Positions 1 through 12,566 of a stretch of DNA of 64,000 nucleotides are shown here, piece by piece. A program made the position numbers and the translations under genes. Numbering within the stretch: the stretch's first letter is position 1; each line of letters opens with the position of its first letter. Source of the DNA: Hydrolagus affinis (lineage: Eukaryota); NCBI GenBank assembly GCA_012026655.1, contig JAAILG010001261.1, forward strand, positions 1-64,000, written 5' to 3'. The notes under the pieces were generated by a model. That model had not been told where the DNA came from. It worked only from the letters and a program-made list of their open reading frames with translations, and ran no database searches.

Positions 1-135
1 GTGCGCGCATTCCGATTTTTTCCCTTGATATATCGACTTTTCGATATATCGATATTTTTGAAATGCCTATATCGGCGTATCGATATGAAAATTATATCGG
101 GTTTTAACGATATATCGATATATTGCCGGACCCTA
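1..135. mobile_element. Right end of a non-autonomous hAT-like DNA transposon (MITE), truncated by the window edge
   Basis: CpG-rich ATATCG/CGATAT subterminal repeats ending in GGACCCTA (128-135), the same terminus as the complete copy at 2426-2777. Confidence 0.8.
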
Positions 136-524
136 CATAGTAACCATTTTAAAATTATGAGGTTCAGGAAAGATTTTTTTAAATTTTGAATCCACATAAT
201 TTACCCCCATTTTATCCCATGAACTGTTGTATAGAAATATAATTGGTTCATTTCCAGTGACACCTATTAGAAACACACAAAATTGCATTATTAATTGACA
301 TTGTGCACATTCCCTCATTACATTTATTTTGAATTAACACAATATATGAAAGCCTGTGTCTACTTCACCTATTTTAATTTTTCAGCATATCAATATCCAG
401 AGATTTTCCTATGAAACAGTCATAGACAAAGGTTTCAAAGCTGTCTAAAAATAAATAATTTGGTTTTTTTTTAATAATAGATATTTTAAAGTAACTATGT
501 TTACAATAGTTTTTTTTAAAAATT

Positions 525-590
525 AAGCCAGCATAGATACGATGGTCCGAATGGTCTCCTTCTGTGCTCTATTCTATGATTCTTTGATTT
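525..590 (+). mobile_element. CR1 LINE 3' UTR/tail fragment
   Basis: ...GATGGTCCGAATGGTCTCCTTCTGTGCTCTATTCTATGATTCT resembles the CR1 3' end with (ATTCTATG)n; similar to the tail at 62280-62327. Confidence 0.65.
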
Positions 591-2425
591 ACCCTGTTTC
601 GCTCATTGGGAAGTGATATCACCGTTCCATTCATCCTCCACCAAAACACCTCAGTTTTGATTTCCCCCACTTTCCCTTTATCCCTGCATTTTATGACCCA
701 GCCAAGATCTAGAGCTTGCCATCCACAGAGGAATTTGGTCATGTTTGTCGGCGGAACCCGATAATTAAACCTAGTCTTTTGTTTTATGAAAGTGTGACAC
801 TTTCTTTCTTGTTTTTTGTACTTTCTTTTCTGTGACAGTTAGCTGACACCATAAGCTGGTCCCCAGCTGCTCCAGTGATTAGCCTGTGAGAAGTAAGCTA
901 GATTTGGGTTTAGCCAGGCTATGAAGCTAACTCTTGGCTTGATGCCTTTACATTTTGTCTGAATATACAAATTAACTGAATGTGTAGTTTAGAACCTCAA
1001 CATTCCTTGTTATAAATAATCTGTTGTGTTTGTTTGGTGTAACATAAATTTGGTATAAAATAGGAATGTGTCACAAAACCAAGTGAATGTTCTTTCATGA
1101 TTATTTTGATGAAACCTGAAAGTTTTATAACACAATTAATGAGGCTGTTCTAGTCAGTATTTGACTATGCAAATCAGAGAAACATCCTACCTGACTATGA
1201 AAATGTTCCTTGTTAAAAAAAATGCATGGTAAATGAACAGGTAAAATCAGAAGCTTGTTAATGTATTGTGAAGTAATCATTAATTAATTCAATTCTAGTT
1301 CAGTCTTCACACACAAGTTGCGTGAAAACAGAGACTTTTGTGCTAATTCTATGTTATTGAAGTGAATATGTGAATTCTTGAAGTGCACTAAATATTATTC
1401 AGTGATGTTATGAGGGCCAGTAGAATTTCTGCAGAAGATAATTTTATCTGCATTTAATGGTAGAGAATGCATTTTGCTTTGTAATAAATACTATTGGTTG
1501 CATTTTCTATGCACGATTGGCATCCAGTGAACTATTGTGATTAGGAGTAAGTCACAAAGCATGATTAGTCCCCTCATCGGACTCTATTGCTCCCCTGCAT
1601 GTAAACTTCCTGCCTAAAGGGCACTTTTTCCCAAATGTTAACCTGTTTGGTGATGCTACAATAAAGAAGGCAAATAATTAGCTCCTGCCTCCTGCTTGCT
1701 TCCCTTACTCAGCAAGCACCTGCTTCTCACTTTTCTTCTTCCAGCTTAGTTTATGCATCCCTAACTCAGCTCCCACCTGCCACTCCCATACACAAGGACC
1801 TTGACTTTCTGCCAATATGTTATCCACTGGGAGGTCCTCCACTGTGGCAGATCATTAAAGTTTTACTATATTCACCATTACATTATTAAAAACTAGCAGT
1901 GCTATTGGTGAAATATGTTGCATTACTAACGTAGAAGCCCTTAACAAATGATTTACCCATTCAAAACCAGTAAATCTCACAGCTGCAAGACTTCCAAGTT
2001 GAAAATCTTTTTTACAATGTTCGTTTTATTCCCTTTTCATTCTTCTTTTTGCTGTTCAGTAACTTTCCATGGAGTTGGCATCCCTGTGATGTGTAAATCA
2101 TTAGACTCCCTCCTGCACGAATGGCACTCAAATAGAGCAGTGTATGATGAGAGACCACTTTTTTGAACAGTTGGCAAACAAAACCGGCTTCTTAGAATTA
2201 ACTCTTTATTCCATGGTATGATCACAATCACACAGTCATCCTCTTTTGCATTGGGATGCTTTGATTTTTGAAGATGTTTTCTATATTGTGTATTTAACAC
2301 CCTGTCAAACAGATCAGATTACTTAATCATTAGCATAATTACTATGGTATGAGCTTTCTCCACATCAATCCATACATTCAATGCTATTTTTTCAGTCAAC
2401 TGATGATGTAATGTTTACTCTGAAA

Positions 2426-2777
2426 TAGGGTCCGTCTATCGAAATTTTCCGATATTGATATATCGGTTTGCCCATATCGATATTGCAGGGTTTTTGTCCT
2501 GCGCATGCGCGCGCATTCGGACATGCGCGCGCGTTCGGATATCAACAAGGTAATTTGAAAAAGTCGCATTATACCGATATATATCGATATACCGATATTT
2601 GCGATATATCGATTTTTTTTTACATATCGGACACAATTTACCGATATTTGCGATATATCGATTTTTTTTACATATTGAATTTTTCGATATTACAATATAT
2701 TTTAAATTCCGATATCGGCATATCAATATGAAAATTATATCGATATAACCTATATATCGATATATCGCTGGACCCTA
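2426..2777. mobile_element. Complete non-autonomous hAT-like MITE (~350 bp)
   Basis: TIRs TAGGGTCC (2426)...GGACCCTA (2777); 8-bp flanks CTCTGAAA (2418-2425) and CTCTAAAA (2778-2785) match 7/8, as expected for a hAT TSD; interior full of ATATCG/CGATAT repeats. Confidence 0.88.
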
Positions 2778-3074
2778 CTCTAAAACCACCTTACAGAAAA
2801 TGGTCCTGGGTTCAAGCTACGTGCACATCAAGAATGCTGCTCAAATAACATTGCTGACATTTAAGTGCTGCTCTTTACATAGCCTCAGCATTTCAACTTT
2901 GAAAATAAATGGATTGTATTGAAATTTTATAAGTTTCATCATGTGAAATAATCATTATACACTTAATGCTATCTGTCACACTTTCCGTACATGCAATGAA
3001 ATCTGGACAAGAGTTTTGAATATCAAGCAACTTTAATCCAGGCCCTTTGTTTTGCTTGCTTTATGATTTGAAGT

Positions 3075-3200
3075 GTGGCACATATGTGTAAAAGAGAAAC
3101 ATCCTACCTGACAAATTGTCTGTGGAGGCAAATGATGTGGATAGTTTCAAAAGAGAAATGGGTAGGTTTATAAGGATGAAGGAATTGACGTTTTTGTGAA
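3075..3200 (+). mobile_element. Old CR1 ORF2 C-terminal fragment
   Basis: Degenerate translation N-I-L-P-D-K...V-E-A-N-D-V-D-S-F-K-R-E-M-G-R-F, like the CR1 WNxLPxxVVEAxSxxxFKxxLDxF motif. Confidence 0.55.
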
Positions 3201-3449
3201 ATAGAGAGTGATAGTATTTAGCAGTTGGAACTCAAGTTTATTGAATTTCCACTTATGTGGAATAAGTGAAACAAACCAAGTTTGTAGAGAATGTGGAGCC
3301 CAACACATTTTTAGTATATCTATTTTGTGTAGTATACTCGTGATTGCTCACAATAATTATAAAATATCTGAACAGTTTAGTTTATGCTGTACCAGCTACT
3401 CCTTAGAATTTACGTTTGCAACTCTTGATATCTCAATGCAATTTGGTGC

Positions 3450-3680
3450 TAAATCAGGCACACCAGGAAGGATCAGGTTGGATATGTGGATTGGTCTAAT
3501 TGCCTGCTGAGTTAATTAATCTCATCCTAGACTCTAGTAGGGGTTCTACCATCCCTTTCGTTGTGCTAAGGAAGAAATGAACAGCTTGTGTTCCCAACTA
3601 CTATCCAGTAACCTGTACTATATGTCCATGTCAGTAGATGCCAGGAGGGGACATGTTTTGGGTTGATTGTGATGGCCCCA
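3450..3680 (+). mobile_element. Ancient, highly diverged tRNA-related SINE; related pieces at ~9120-9250 (-), ~16960-17050 (+) and ~55260-55340 (-)
   Basis: Shared motifs CCAGGAAGG..CAGGTT, GCTGAGTTA.TTAATCTCA and CTATCCAGT.ACC are seen as reverse complements at 9150-9250 and 55260-55330; family identity is from memory and unverified. Confidence 0.45.
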
Positions 3681-3869
3681 ATCATGTAATCTACGATTCA
3701 GTGTTGTTACAAACATGTTGGTAATGTTTTGAAAGGCTATTGGTAATATTTGATGGACCCAAGTCTGAGTCATTCTCTTCAATAAAAAGGGGGCAATAGG
3801 AGTAATCAAAATGGGAATTAGAGAAGACTAGATAAAATATAAAGCTCTAGATAAAGCCTTAGTTATTTG

Positions 3870-3882
3870 CCAGTAGGTGGCA
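3870..3882 (+). promoter_or_regulatory. Candidate CTCF site
   Basis: CCAGTAGGTGGCA fits the core CCASYAGRKGGCR; motif match only. Confidence 0.4.
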
Positions 3883-6705
3883 TCCTTTATACTAGAAGGT
3901 TTTCTACATATACAGTACTTTTACTAAAATGAATAAAAAGTTTAAAATCTAGAAAAAATTATTTTGGTGTACCAGTACTTGAGTAAATTTTGTACATTTA
4001 ATGAAACTGATAATTATTACAGGATTTATTAAAGGAATCCTCCTGTTTATTTTTTTTGTAAAAAAAAGCCCAAGAGAGTCTTATTTGTTTTTAAAAAGTC
4101 AGTAATAGTTTTTAAACGTCAGGGCTATGATTTGCTTCATTTCTGAAGTTAGGCATGGAAAAAAACATGTATTTTTATAGTACAAGCTTCCAACACCCTT
4201 GCAGCTAATTGCTTTCCACAAATTGTATTGTGGCTCAACAAAGACATCTTCTGTTATTGCATCCAAACTCAGATATGGTGAATTTGGGAAGTTCAGATTG
4301 GGATTACAACGCTCATTTTCCCTGTATGAATTGGCTTCAAATTGGTATGGAAATTGCTTGTAATCTTTCTTTTATGTAGATAACGTTTAGTGATGTGCGC
4401 AACACATGTTTAAATTTCTACTAGCATCAGAAATAGCCCCAATAAACTTCAAATGCATAATTTAAGTGGTAGGATTGGTATCTTGCCTTTTGATTGAAGG
4501 TATAAAAATAATAGTGACTTCAGAGGAATTTTTAATGACTGGTAAGAAGCAGCGGTAAAATTGGAGCTATTTCAAACAAATATCTTAATTTTTTGTCTGT
4601 CTGGTAAACCCTTTCATGGTTTCTTTGCTCTTGCTCTAATATTGTTTTCTGAGTGTTTGTTAATCTTGGGCAAAACATTCGGATAGCCCACTGTCCTTAG
4701 TCTTCTAAAGGTTTTCGTGAAATTAGGTTGTATTTGGACAGACAATCCATTCTCATACTAAGCAGCCACAAGGCCGAAAGGTATTTAGGAAGCATTCGTC
4801 CCTAAGTTTACTCCAAAAGGTTTGGAGCTTTTAATCAGTATTTGATGTTCAGTGCAAAAAGCAGCAACTGTACCATTTTAAAGTTGCCCAGAATGGTTTT
4901 CAAGGATCTGTGCCAGGAAATCTGTCCTGTGAAGAAAGCCTTTTAGTAACTTATAGTAAAACTGTTATTGTACCATACTCTCATTCTGCACATAAAGAAA
5001 ATCCATTACCTGAAGAAGAGATATCAAATTAAATGTAGTCTAAAATTGGTGAGTTTTATTAAACATGAACAAAATATATCTCATTAAGCATATTTAGTGT
5101 GATTTTGTTTATTCATTATTCCTCTCGCCAACAATACCTTATATTTATATTGTGCCCTATAGCTACTAGTGCCCCACCACCACCACCACCATTGGCAGTC
5201 GAGCCTTCAACCTCTCTGTCCCATCCCATGAATTTTGGGGATTAGATATCCCACAAAAAGACCAGGCAGCATGAACAGGCCTGTTGAACTAGTGCCTTCA
5301 GTAGCTGAGACCCAATTATTGGCTATGATCAAGCTCCATTCTACATGCTCCATTGCAGTTATATGGCCCTTGCTCAGTGTAAAACATCTGCCAAGCGGAA
5401 ACCCGCATTAATACACTTATGGGTTGTAAGAACCATCTACACCTATAGCATACAAACACTCAGGAACAGAATGCCAATTTTTTTTCTGTTCCCAATTCAG
5501 AATTAGGTGAAGCGGGCAGAATCAGCTCAGCTTCCCACTCCACATACTGCAGGGATTATTGTATTGGTCTTTCTGTTTTATTTGGCATCATACGTACTCT
5601 TAAGTATTCTTCCAGTTATGGCTGCAGAGATTACTTAATGCTGAATTTGAGCTGATAAAGGTCTGGGCATTAAAGATATATTAATCCCGGAAACATTTTT
5701 ATAGTTTGCTTTATAACATGAAATATGAAGCACATGTGAACGAACATGTTAGATGCTAGTAATTAACATATTATAATTATTCTATTGTAATCCACTGAAA
5801 CAGATGAGAATATTAGATTGATAGTTACAGGGGGAAAGGAATGAACTTGTGCAGTAAGCATTTTAATATTTCCTTCTGTGGCTTTTTTTAAAATGTTGAT
5901 CTCTTGTGGCTATGTTTTCCTCCATTGTCTGCCAATAATTTTCCCAGCTGCATTTGTCCTTTGTTTCTTCTCTTGATCTCTACTGTGGCTTTATTTCCCA
6001 TCTGCTTTACTGTTTTACTGACTCACTCTTTTCCATGACTTTCTCTCTTTCTTTGCACTCACCACCAACCAACTGTACATGTGCCTGTAGATATAAGCTA
6101 TAAGCTATAAGTACTTGTATTTCATAATCACTGCACCTTCGACTGATCAGCTATGCCTTCAGTGTCATTAGAATGGATGATAAAGAGCAGTATGTTTTAG
6201 AGGTGGTTGAACAGAATAAAGAACGGAGATATGGTGAACAACGCCTGTGGGTCATTTGGGGTTGGGACACCTGATCAATATTATAAAAGGAGCAGTTCTG
6301 TAATAAAGGATACTGATAGAGGCATGTACCAGGCGGAAATCATTGAATACCTTTATGTAAAAAAAAGAACATTGGAACTCACTTGGAAGAAAAGGATTAT
6401 TCGGAACCTAGGAATTTAGAGAGCAAATAGCCTGTGATGATTGGAATGTGTGTATATTCACCTACAAGTGAAGGAGAGGAGACGATTCAAATCAGAGAAG
6501 GCCCTGAGTTGTCAGCACGAGAGCCACAAATTTGTGGAGTTTAACTTGTTACTGAGCAAGTATATAAAGCTTGAAGGGCAACATCTACTTGTAGCATCAA
6601 CAGCAAAATCATCCTGAGTCACAGAGAACTTCAACAGGTGCACTTAACTAGGTTCCTATGTGGATGAAGGCGAGTCCAGGAAATATTGTCCAAGGTAAGA
6701 AGAAA

Positions 6706-6785
6706 CAATAATATAATAATCCTTACATTTTATTTAGTGCCTTCTCATGTTGAAATGTCGCAAAGCGTTTCACAGGATTTTCTGT
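6706..6785 (-). mobile_element. Deu-SINE/L2-type 3' tail fragment
   Basis: AATAATCCTTACATTTTATTTAGTGCCTT...CAAAGCGTTTCACAG matches the tail of the SINE copies at 16299 and 36219. Confidence 0.6.
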
Positions 6786-9700
6786 AAAAGATAGTGAATG
6801 TATTCGTAGGTGGAAGCGAGTGAAGTAAATGAGAGGAATGTGATTAGAGGATGAATTAGTTAAAGTGTCAAAAGCAAAGGAGGTATCTTGCAGAAATAAA
6901 TTGCTTTGTTGATGACAAATAGGTAAGTTTAGGCACTGAGGACACTTAATACACACAGAAAGCAATAGGTGAAATATGATCTCGGAGTATATAATGGTGC
7001 AAGAGATTGATGGGCATGACAGCACTGCACAAACTTGGTTTTAATAAATCAAAACAGTAAGAGTTCCTGCCTAACAAGTATGGTTATTGACAAGATAACA
7101 TATCTGTAAGGTCCTAAGGCATTAATTGGCAAATAAAAGCTATAATTCTCTTTATAGCTTTATTTTAACTGCTTTAAAATAAGTGCTGAAATTCAGCGCA
7201 ACATGCAATGTGGCACATTGACATAAGGAGATAGACGAATGATTCAGCAGGCTCTTAAACAGTACCTTCCCCCATTCCTTAACATTACTACTTACCCACA
7301 GCAATATATACTTTCAAAGAATAACTCTATGATAAGTAACCCACTTTTTGTGGAATTGGTTATTTATAAAACACAGACTGGCGGGATTGACTGATAGTGT
7401 GATGGTTCAGATTTTCCGTAATGTAATTACCTTTCTGTAAGGCTGCTTTTGATCAAGGACTTATGGTTGAGTAGTGGAAAAATTCTTCTACCTAACTCTT
7501 AACAAGCCCATAACATAAAAGGCAGTTTTATTTCATGGTGAAACATCGCAATTGGCCTTTCAAATTTTCCTAAATTTCAGCACAACATATGCTTCCAAGC
7601 TAAAATGGAATTTACTTGCATCTTCTTTCAAACCAAAGTTTAAAAGCCAATAATCTGAAGGCAAATGGTACATGTCCTCTAGTGAAGTTCTGTGCAATAA
7701 AACTTATTGAATTTTGCTGATGCCGATGAGCTGTCGTGTTTGTCTACATCTCTACATTTCTAATCAATTCAATTGTATTGTTTCAATATGTTTATTTTTG
7801 CATGAAAGCCACCTAAATATAACAAGGACTGGTTGAAGCTATCTTCCTGGATTGTGTATAACATTTTGACAATCTTCCAGTGCTAATCTCTGACCATTGG
7901 TGAGCAAAATTATAGTCAAACACTTCCTATATGCTTGCTGACTGTTATGTCTACTTACTGACATTGGAACTATGAGCTACTGTTACTGGCAAATAAATCT
8001 AGCAAGAATATGAGATTGTAAGAAACATGATTTATCTGTGTGTCGCGTTTATATTCTGAAATAATATATATAAAATTTTCCAATTAAAGGTCACAGCTCT
8101 GTGGGTGTGAACAAGGAAGGACATACAGTTAATTGATTAAGTAATTACTTCATTGTTCAATAGTTGCAAGCTTCAGTGTTAGTTGCAATAACAGCTCCTT
8201 TCTACAGGGCTTCCATAAGTAGACAGAGGCAGTACAGCATCCACACATGTAGGGCACCAACCCAGAAATGTAGCAATAAAATCTACTCCAAATATGGTGT
8301 ATAAAAATGCTTTCAATGCAACATTTAATATGCTTGCAAACTGTTGCAATGCTCTTTGAATTTTCCAGAAATACTACATAATATAAACTATTTTATCCAC
8401 AGAACAATTAACCACAAACTATTTATTGTGTTAAGCAGTTTCTGGGTCCAACAACAGAGAATTAACAAGACCTACAGCTGAGAAGGAAAACAGCTGTTAA
8501 ACACACAAAGAGGAAAAATGCACTTTATATAATTGGTACAAAACCCTAAGTTCTTTAGTGGTTTCATGAATAGTTCCAGACTTGTATCATCATTAGGACA
8601 GAGCCTTAAAAAAATGAAAAATAGACTGTAGATTATATCACTTTGTGGACTTTGTTATAATTTTTCATCTTATGAGCCGTAGTGTTCTTTCCAATACACA
8701 GCAATACTCCTTTCATTTACCTTCGGTGTAGCTTTCACTTGGGGACGATGCCTCAAAATGCTTCACCTGATTTATTGTAAAGCATAGTGACTATCTTTTG
8801 GAGGCAAAAGCCACATTTGCACACAGACAGCCATGAAATGAATGACCAATTTTGTCTGGCGGGGAATTGCTGACCGAAATACACTTTGATTCCTTTGCAA
8901 ACAGTGACATGTGATCCTTAATGTTCACCTGAAGAGATGGATGAGGATGAGCTCTTCACTCAAATGGTCATTCTTCATTTGGAAACAAAAACTGAGATTA
9001 ATAGTTGGCTATTTGATGATGGAAGCACCTCAGCCGAGCCTAAATTTGTCCCTATTTCAACGTCCTCTCAGAAGAACAGGTTTTAGGACTGAATGAATTG
9101 TGTTTATTGTTGCTCCCTTATTCCAGGGATAATTAGGACAAATACAGCACCAACACAGCTGAGATTAACTAACTCATCATAGATCAAGGATCAAGTGTGG
9201 ACCTTCCTAATATGTACACTATGCTATATCTTTACTCACTGAGCTACAGGAGGAGCAACATGTGTGTGCCTTTTGCTGCTTACAAAACAATCACTATTTT
9301 ACAAGCTTAAGGAGTTTTCCACTATTTACACAGTGCAATGGTATTTTGATTGGGTAATTTATTATGTTGGACTGTTCCTTTTAGTATTTTTACATAAGCA
9401 GATTTAACTCTGACTATAATAAAAGATAGAGCTGTATCGGATCCATAAGTCAATAAGGTGAAATCCTGAGTGATGTGCTAGACATTCGTAGCTCCCTAAG
9501 ATGGAGGAATACGTGTTGAATTTGTTTATTTTGCTGAATACAATCATAAGAACTTGCATTTTATAGCACCCTTCACAGGTGGAAGAGTATCAGAGTGCAG
9601 AGTATCGGAGTATATTCCTGATAAGTGTACCTAATGTGTTTGGATGATTGGTGGTACTATAATCTCTGTCAGTAATCCCAATAATTTGTTGTTGCTTTAT

Positions 9701-9833
9701 GTTCATATTGACCAAACCAGTATGACTACAGGACTTCATTACATTGCACCTGTGACACTAAAACTATCCTGTATCAACAATGAACAACTATGACTTGACA
9801 GTTTCTATTGGAGATAGTAGTCAAATGATTGTA

Positions 9834-10045
9834 TGGTAAAAGCCTGTTTATCTGGCACCCGATCCACCGTAACTTTCATATAACCAGCATCGTAAAAAAA
9901 AAGGTCCATATTCAATTAACCGGAATTTATCAGGAAAAATGCATTGGAAAAAAATGTTTTTTTGTGTTTTCAGCTGAATATTCGGCAGGCGCTTTAACCG
10001 GCATTGGCCAGGTCCCAAGGGTGCCGGATAAACAGGCTTTTACTG
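9834..10045. mobile_element. Tc1/mariner (Tigger/pogo-like) MITE, short internally deleted copy
   Basis: ~26-bp TIRs TGGTAAAAGCCTGTTTATCTGGCACC...GGTGCCGGATAAACAGGCTTTTACTG flanked by TA on both sides. Confidence 0.85.
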
Positions 10046-11596
10046 TATTTTGTGTTATTTCATATTTGTCCCACTCATTTCATGCAGTTAGCAAGTCTAT
10101 AACTCTCTTAGTCAATTTATGATCTTCCAAATTAATTTAAAGAGGCGACAATCCAGAGGATTATTGTTGTTGAAGGTCTCTTTTTTATTTACATGTTTGA
10201 ATGAAAATGCTTTGACTCGTTCCATTTTGTACTTTCAAAGGTGTGCTTTTTCTTGTCTTAGGATTTTTATTGTATTTGGTTAGAATTGAAGGAATTATGT
10301 TGTGTCACTGGACAGGCAGAATTTGGGCAGGATCAATTCTTGTCAAAGCTTACTATAGCAACATCAGAAAAGTTTGCTCTGCAGCAATTTGAGGTTTTTG
10401 TGCCTGTTATTGCCTGTTGTTTCCAGGTTCTTCTCTTCCCACTTTATAAAGTAAGAGTTTTGTTTGTGCCACCTCCTTCCACTTATTGTATTGTTTTGTT
10501 GAGCAAAGTCAGTTAAGCTCATAAGTTGGAGGTGTGTTATGCTTTGTGCAAGTCTAGATCTTGAAATTTTAAGTGTGAGAAGATAGACTCTGATGGTTAA
10601 TATTACTGGCTAAGATAAGATGACGTCATAGTCATCGGCTTTGTAAATAAAGGTGCTTGGTTCAATTAACTAACTAACTAACTACTATATTATAACTGCA
10701 GTTGAAGCACCCAGTTTCTCAGTTTTAACAAGTGAGAGAAGAATATTAACTTTTGCTAAAGTGATTTTTCTAAAGATAATTTACTGGGGTTATAAGAATT
10801 TGAGGCACCATATTAAAAACATGGTCAGAGTGAATAGGTAATTAAACACTAATTAAAAACAAAAATTACACAACTCTTTACAATTCTTTTGCAAAATATG
10901 AATGTATCAGAGGGAAAGAGCAGAGTATGTTAACGTTGATGGTATGGTAGCCTACTGAGAAATAAATTAAATTAATAAGCTCCAAGGTCAAATGTCAACA
11001 TTGTTGATATTACACTTACATGGAAACGTGAATTTTCTGGTTTACTGCTGGACATTTTCTGGTGACTTATGCTAAAAAGAATGTATTTTGTTCCTGTGAA
11101 ACTACATAAAAACACTGCCTAAACTTTCTTGGCAGTTTGGAGAGATGATATTTAGCTACTTTTAAATACAAAAAACTATATGGGTTCAGATTGCTAATTG
11201 GTAATTGATATGTTTTAAGTTTTATCCGGAAAAGATCCATTCGTGGCTGCAGTATTTTTTTAAGGTAACATACATGACCAGTACTGAAGTGAATAAATAG
11301 TGTTTCAACTTGAAAAATATGAAACATTAAAATTATAATCATGTAGGTTTCTTGCACTTGTCTTCATTTTTGGAACAAGAGGTGAAATCACATCGTGTAT
11401 TCAGTGGCAGTATCTGCATTGTCTGACCAAGGTCAGACATTTAAATTTGCATTCTCTCTTGAAAAAATGTCAATCGGAGTAGGACAAATAGAACTGTATG
11501 TCAGCACATTAATTCAAATATTCAATTTGCTTAAATCACTGACTTGATTCATTTCTTTCGCAATAACGGACAATTCTCATCCAAATTTTTCAATAG

Positions 11597-11728
11597 GAAT
11601 CGGGGGCCTGGAAAATTACATCTTAAAATCTGCCACACTTTCAACTTCTCCTGCTTGCCCTCCTTTTACACCTTTGAACTTTGAGGCAGCTCCGATTGTG
11701 CGGGTGGCTGTGGAGCCCAAACATCCAA
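11597..11728 (+). CDS. EFL1: EFL1 internal exon (132 nt, phase 1-1), end of domain II to start of domain III
   Basis: caatag| and |gtaagt splice sites; encodes [44 protein letters not shown], matching vertebrate EFL1; absent from the ORF track. Confidence 0.96.
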
Positions 11729-11893
11729 GTAAGTGTTGCCATTTACTATATTCTACAATAATTTAATCAATATGTTTTATTTTAGAAACAACATTTGCAG
11801 AATTTGCATTTTTTTTGGCATATATTTCATTTTTTTCCAAGAGAGAGATGATCTAGCACTTTTGAAGCTTGTGTGCACAACAACTTGCATTTA

Positions 11894-12566
11894 CAGTAAA
11901 AGCTTGTTTATCCAGCACCCTCGGGACCTGGTCAATGCCGGTTAAACTGCGTGCCGGATATTCAGGCAGCCAGCTGCCGAAAACCCAACACAGAAAAATT
12001 TATTTAACATGTTTTAAACATACTATATTAATAATAGACTCAATAATAACAGAATATTGTATGGATACTTAGCAATAAAGCAATAAATATTGATTACAGT
12101 CTATAAACACAGCACACAATCAAAGGGGTACACTCGTTTTTTTTCTTTTTCTCTCTCTTTCACACACACACACACACAGTCAGTCTGGCATCTCNNNNNN
12201 NNNNNNNNNNNNNNNNNNNNNNNNNNNNNNNNNNNNNNNNNNNNNNNNNNNNNNNNNNNNNNNNNNNNNNNNNNNNNNNNNNNNNNNNNNNNNNTCTCCC
12301 CCTGCCCCTCATCCTCTCAGTCTCCCTCTCTCTCAATCCCGGAAGTGCACGATGGCAGCAAGGTAATCGTACTGTACTCTGTGAGGGAAAAAAACGGCAG
12401 TGCCACCTTCAGGCACTAGAAGCAGCATACCGAAATACTGATACGAGGGAAAAAAATGCGATTGTGCCGGATAAGATCCAGTTAATCAAATGGGGACCTT
12501 TTTTTTAAGGTGCCGGTTATACAAAAGTTACGGTTGATCGGATCATGGATAAACTGGCTTTTTCTG
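11894..12566. mobile_element. Tc1/mariner (Tigger/pogo-like) MITE, longer copy spanning the assembly gap; opposite orientation to 9834-10045
   Basis: TA|CAGTAAAAGCTTGTTTATCCAGCACC...GGATAAACTGGCTTTTTCTG|TA; both subterminal regions are reverse complements of the 9834 copy; inserted into an L2-type tail (CAACAACTTGCATTTA / TATAGCACCCCTCAC). Confidence 0.8.
12195..12294. other. Assembly gap (100 N) next to (CA)n/CT-rich microsatellite
   Basis: Run of N in the sequence. Confidence 1.

Noticed and set aside
2436-2731. Overlapping Y/R/I/D-rich ORFs on both strands, or a CRISPR-like array
   Set aside because: By-product of ATATCG repeats inside a hAT MITE; no regular repeat-spacer periodicity
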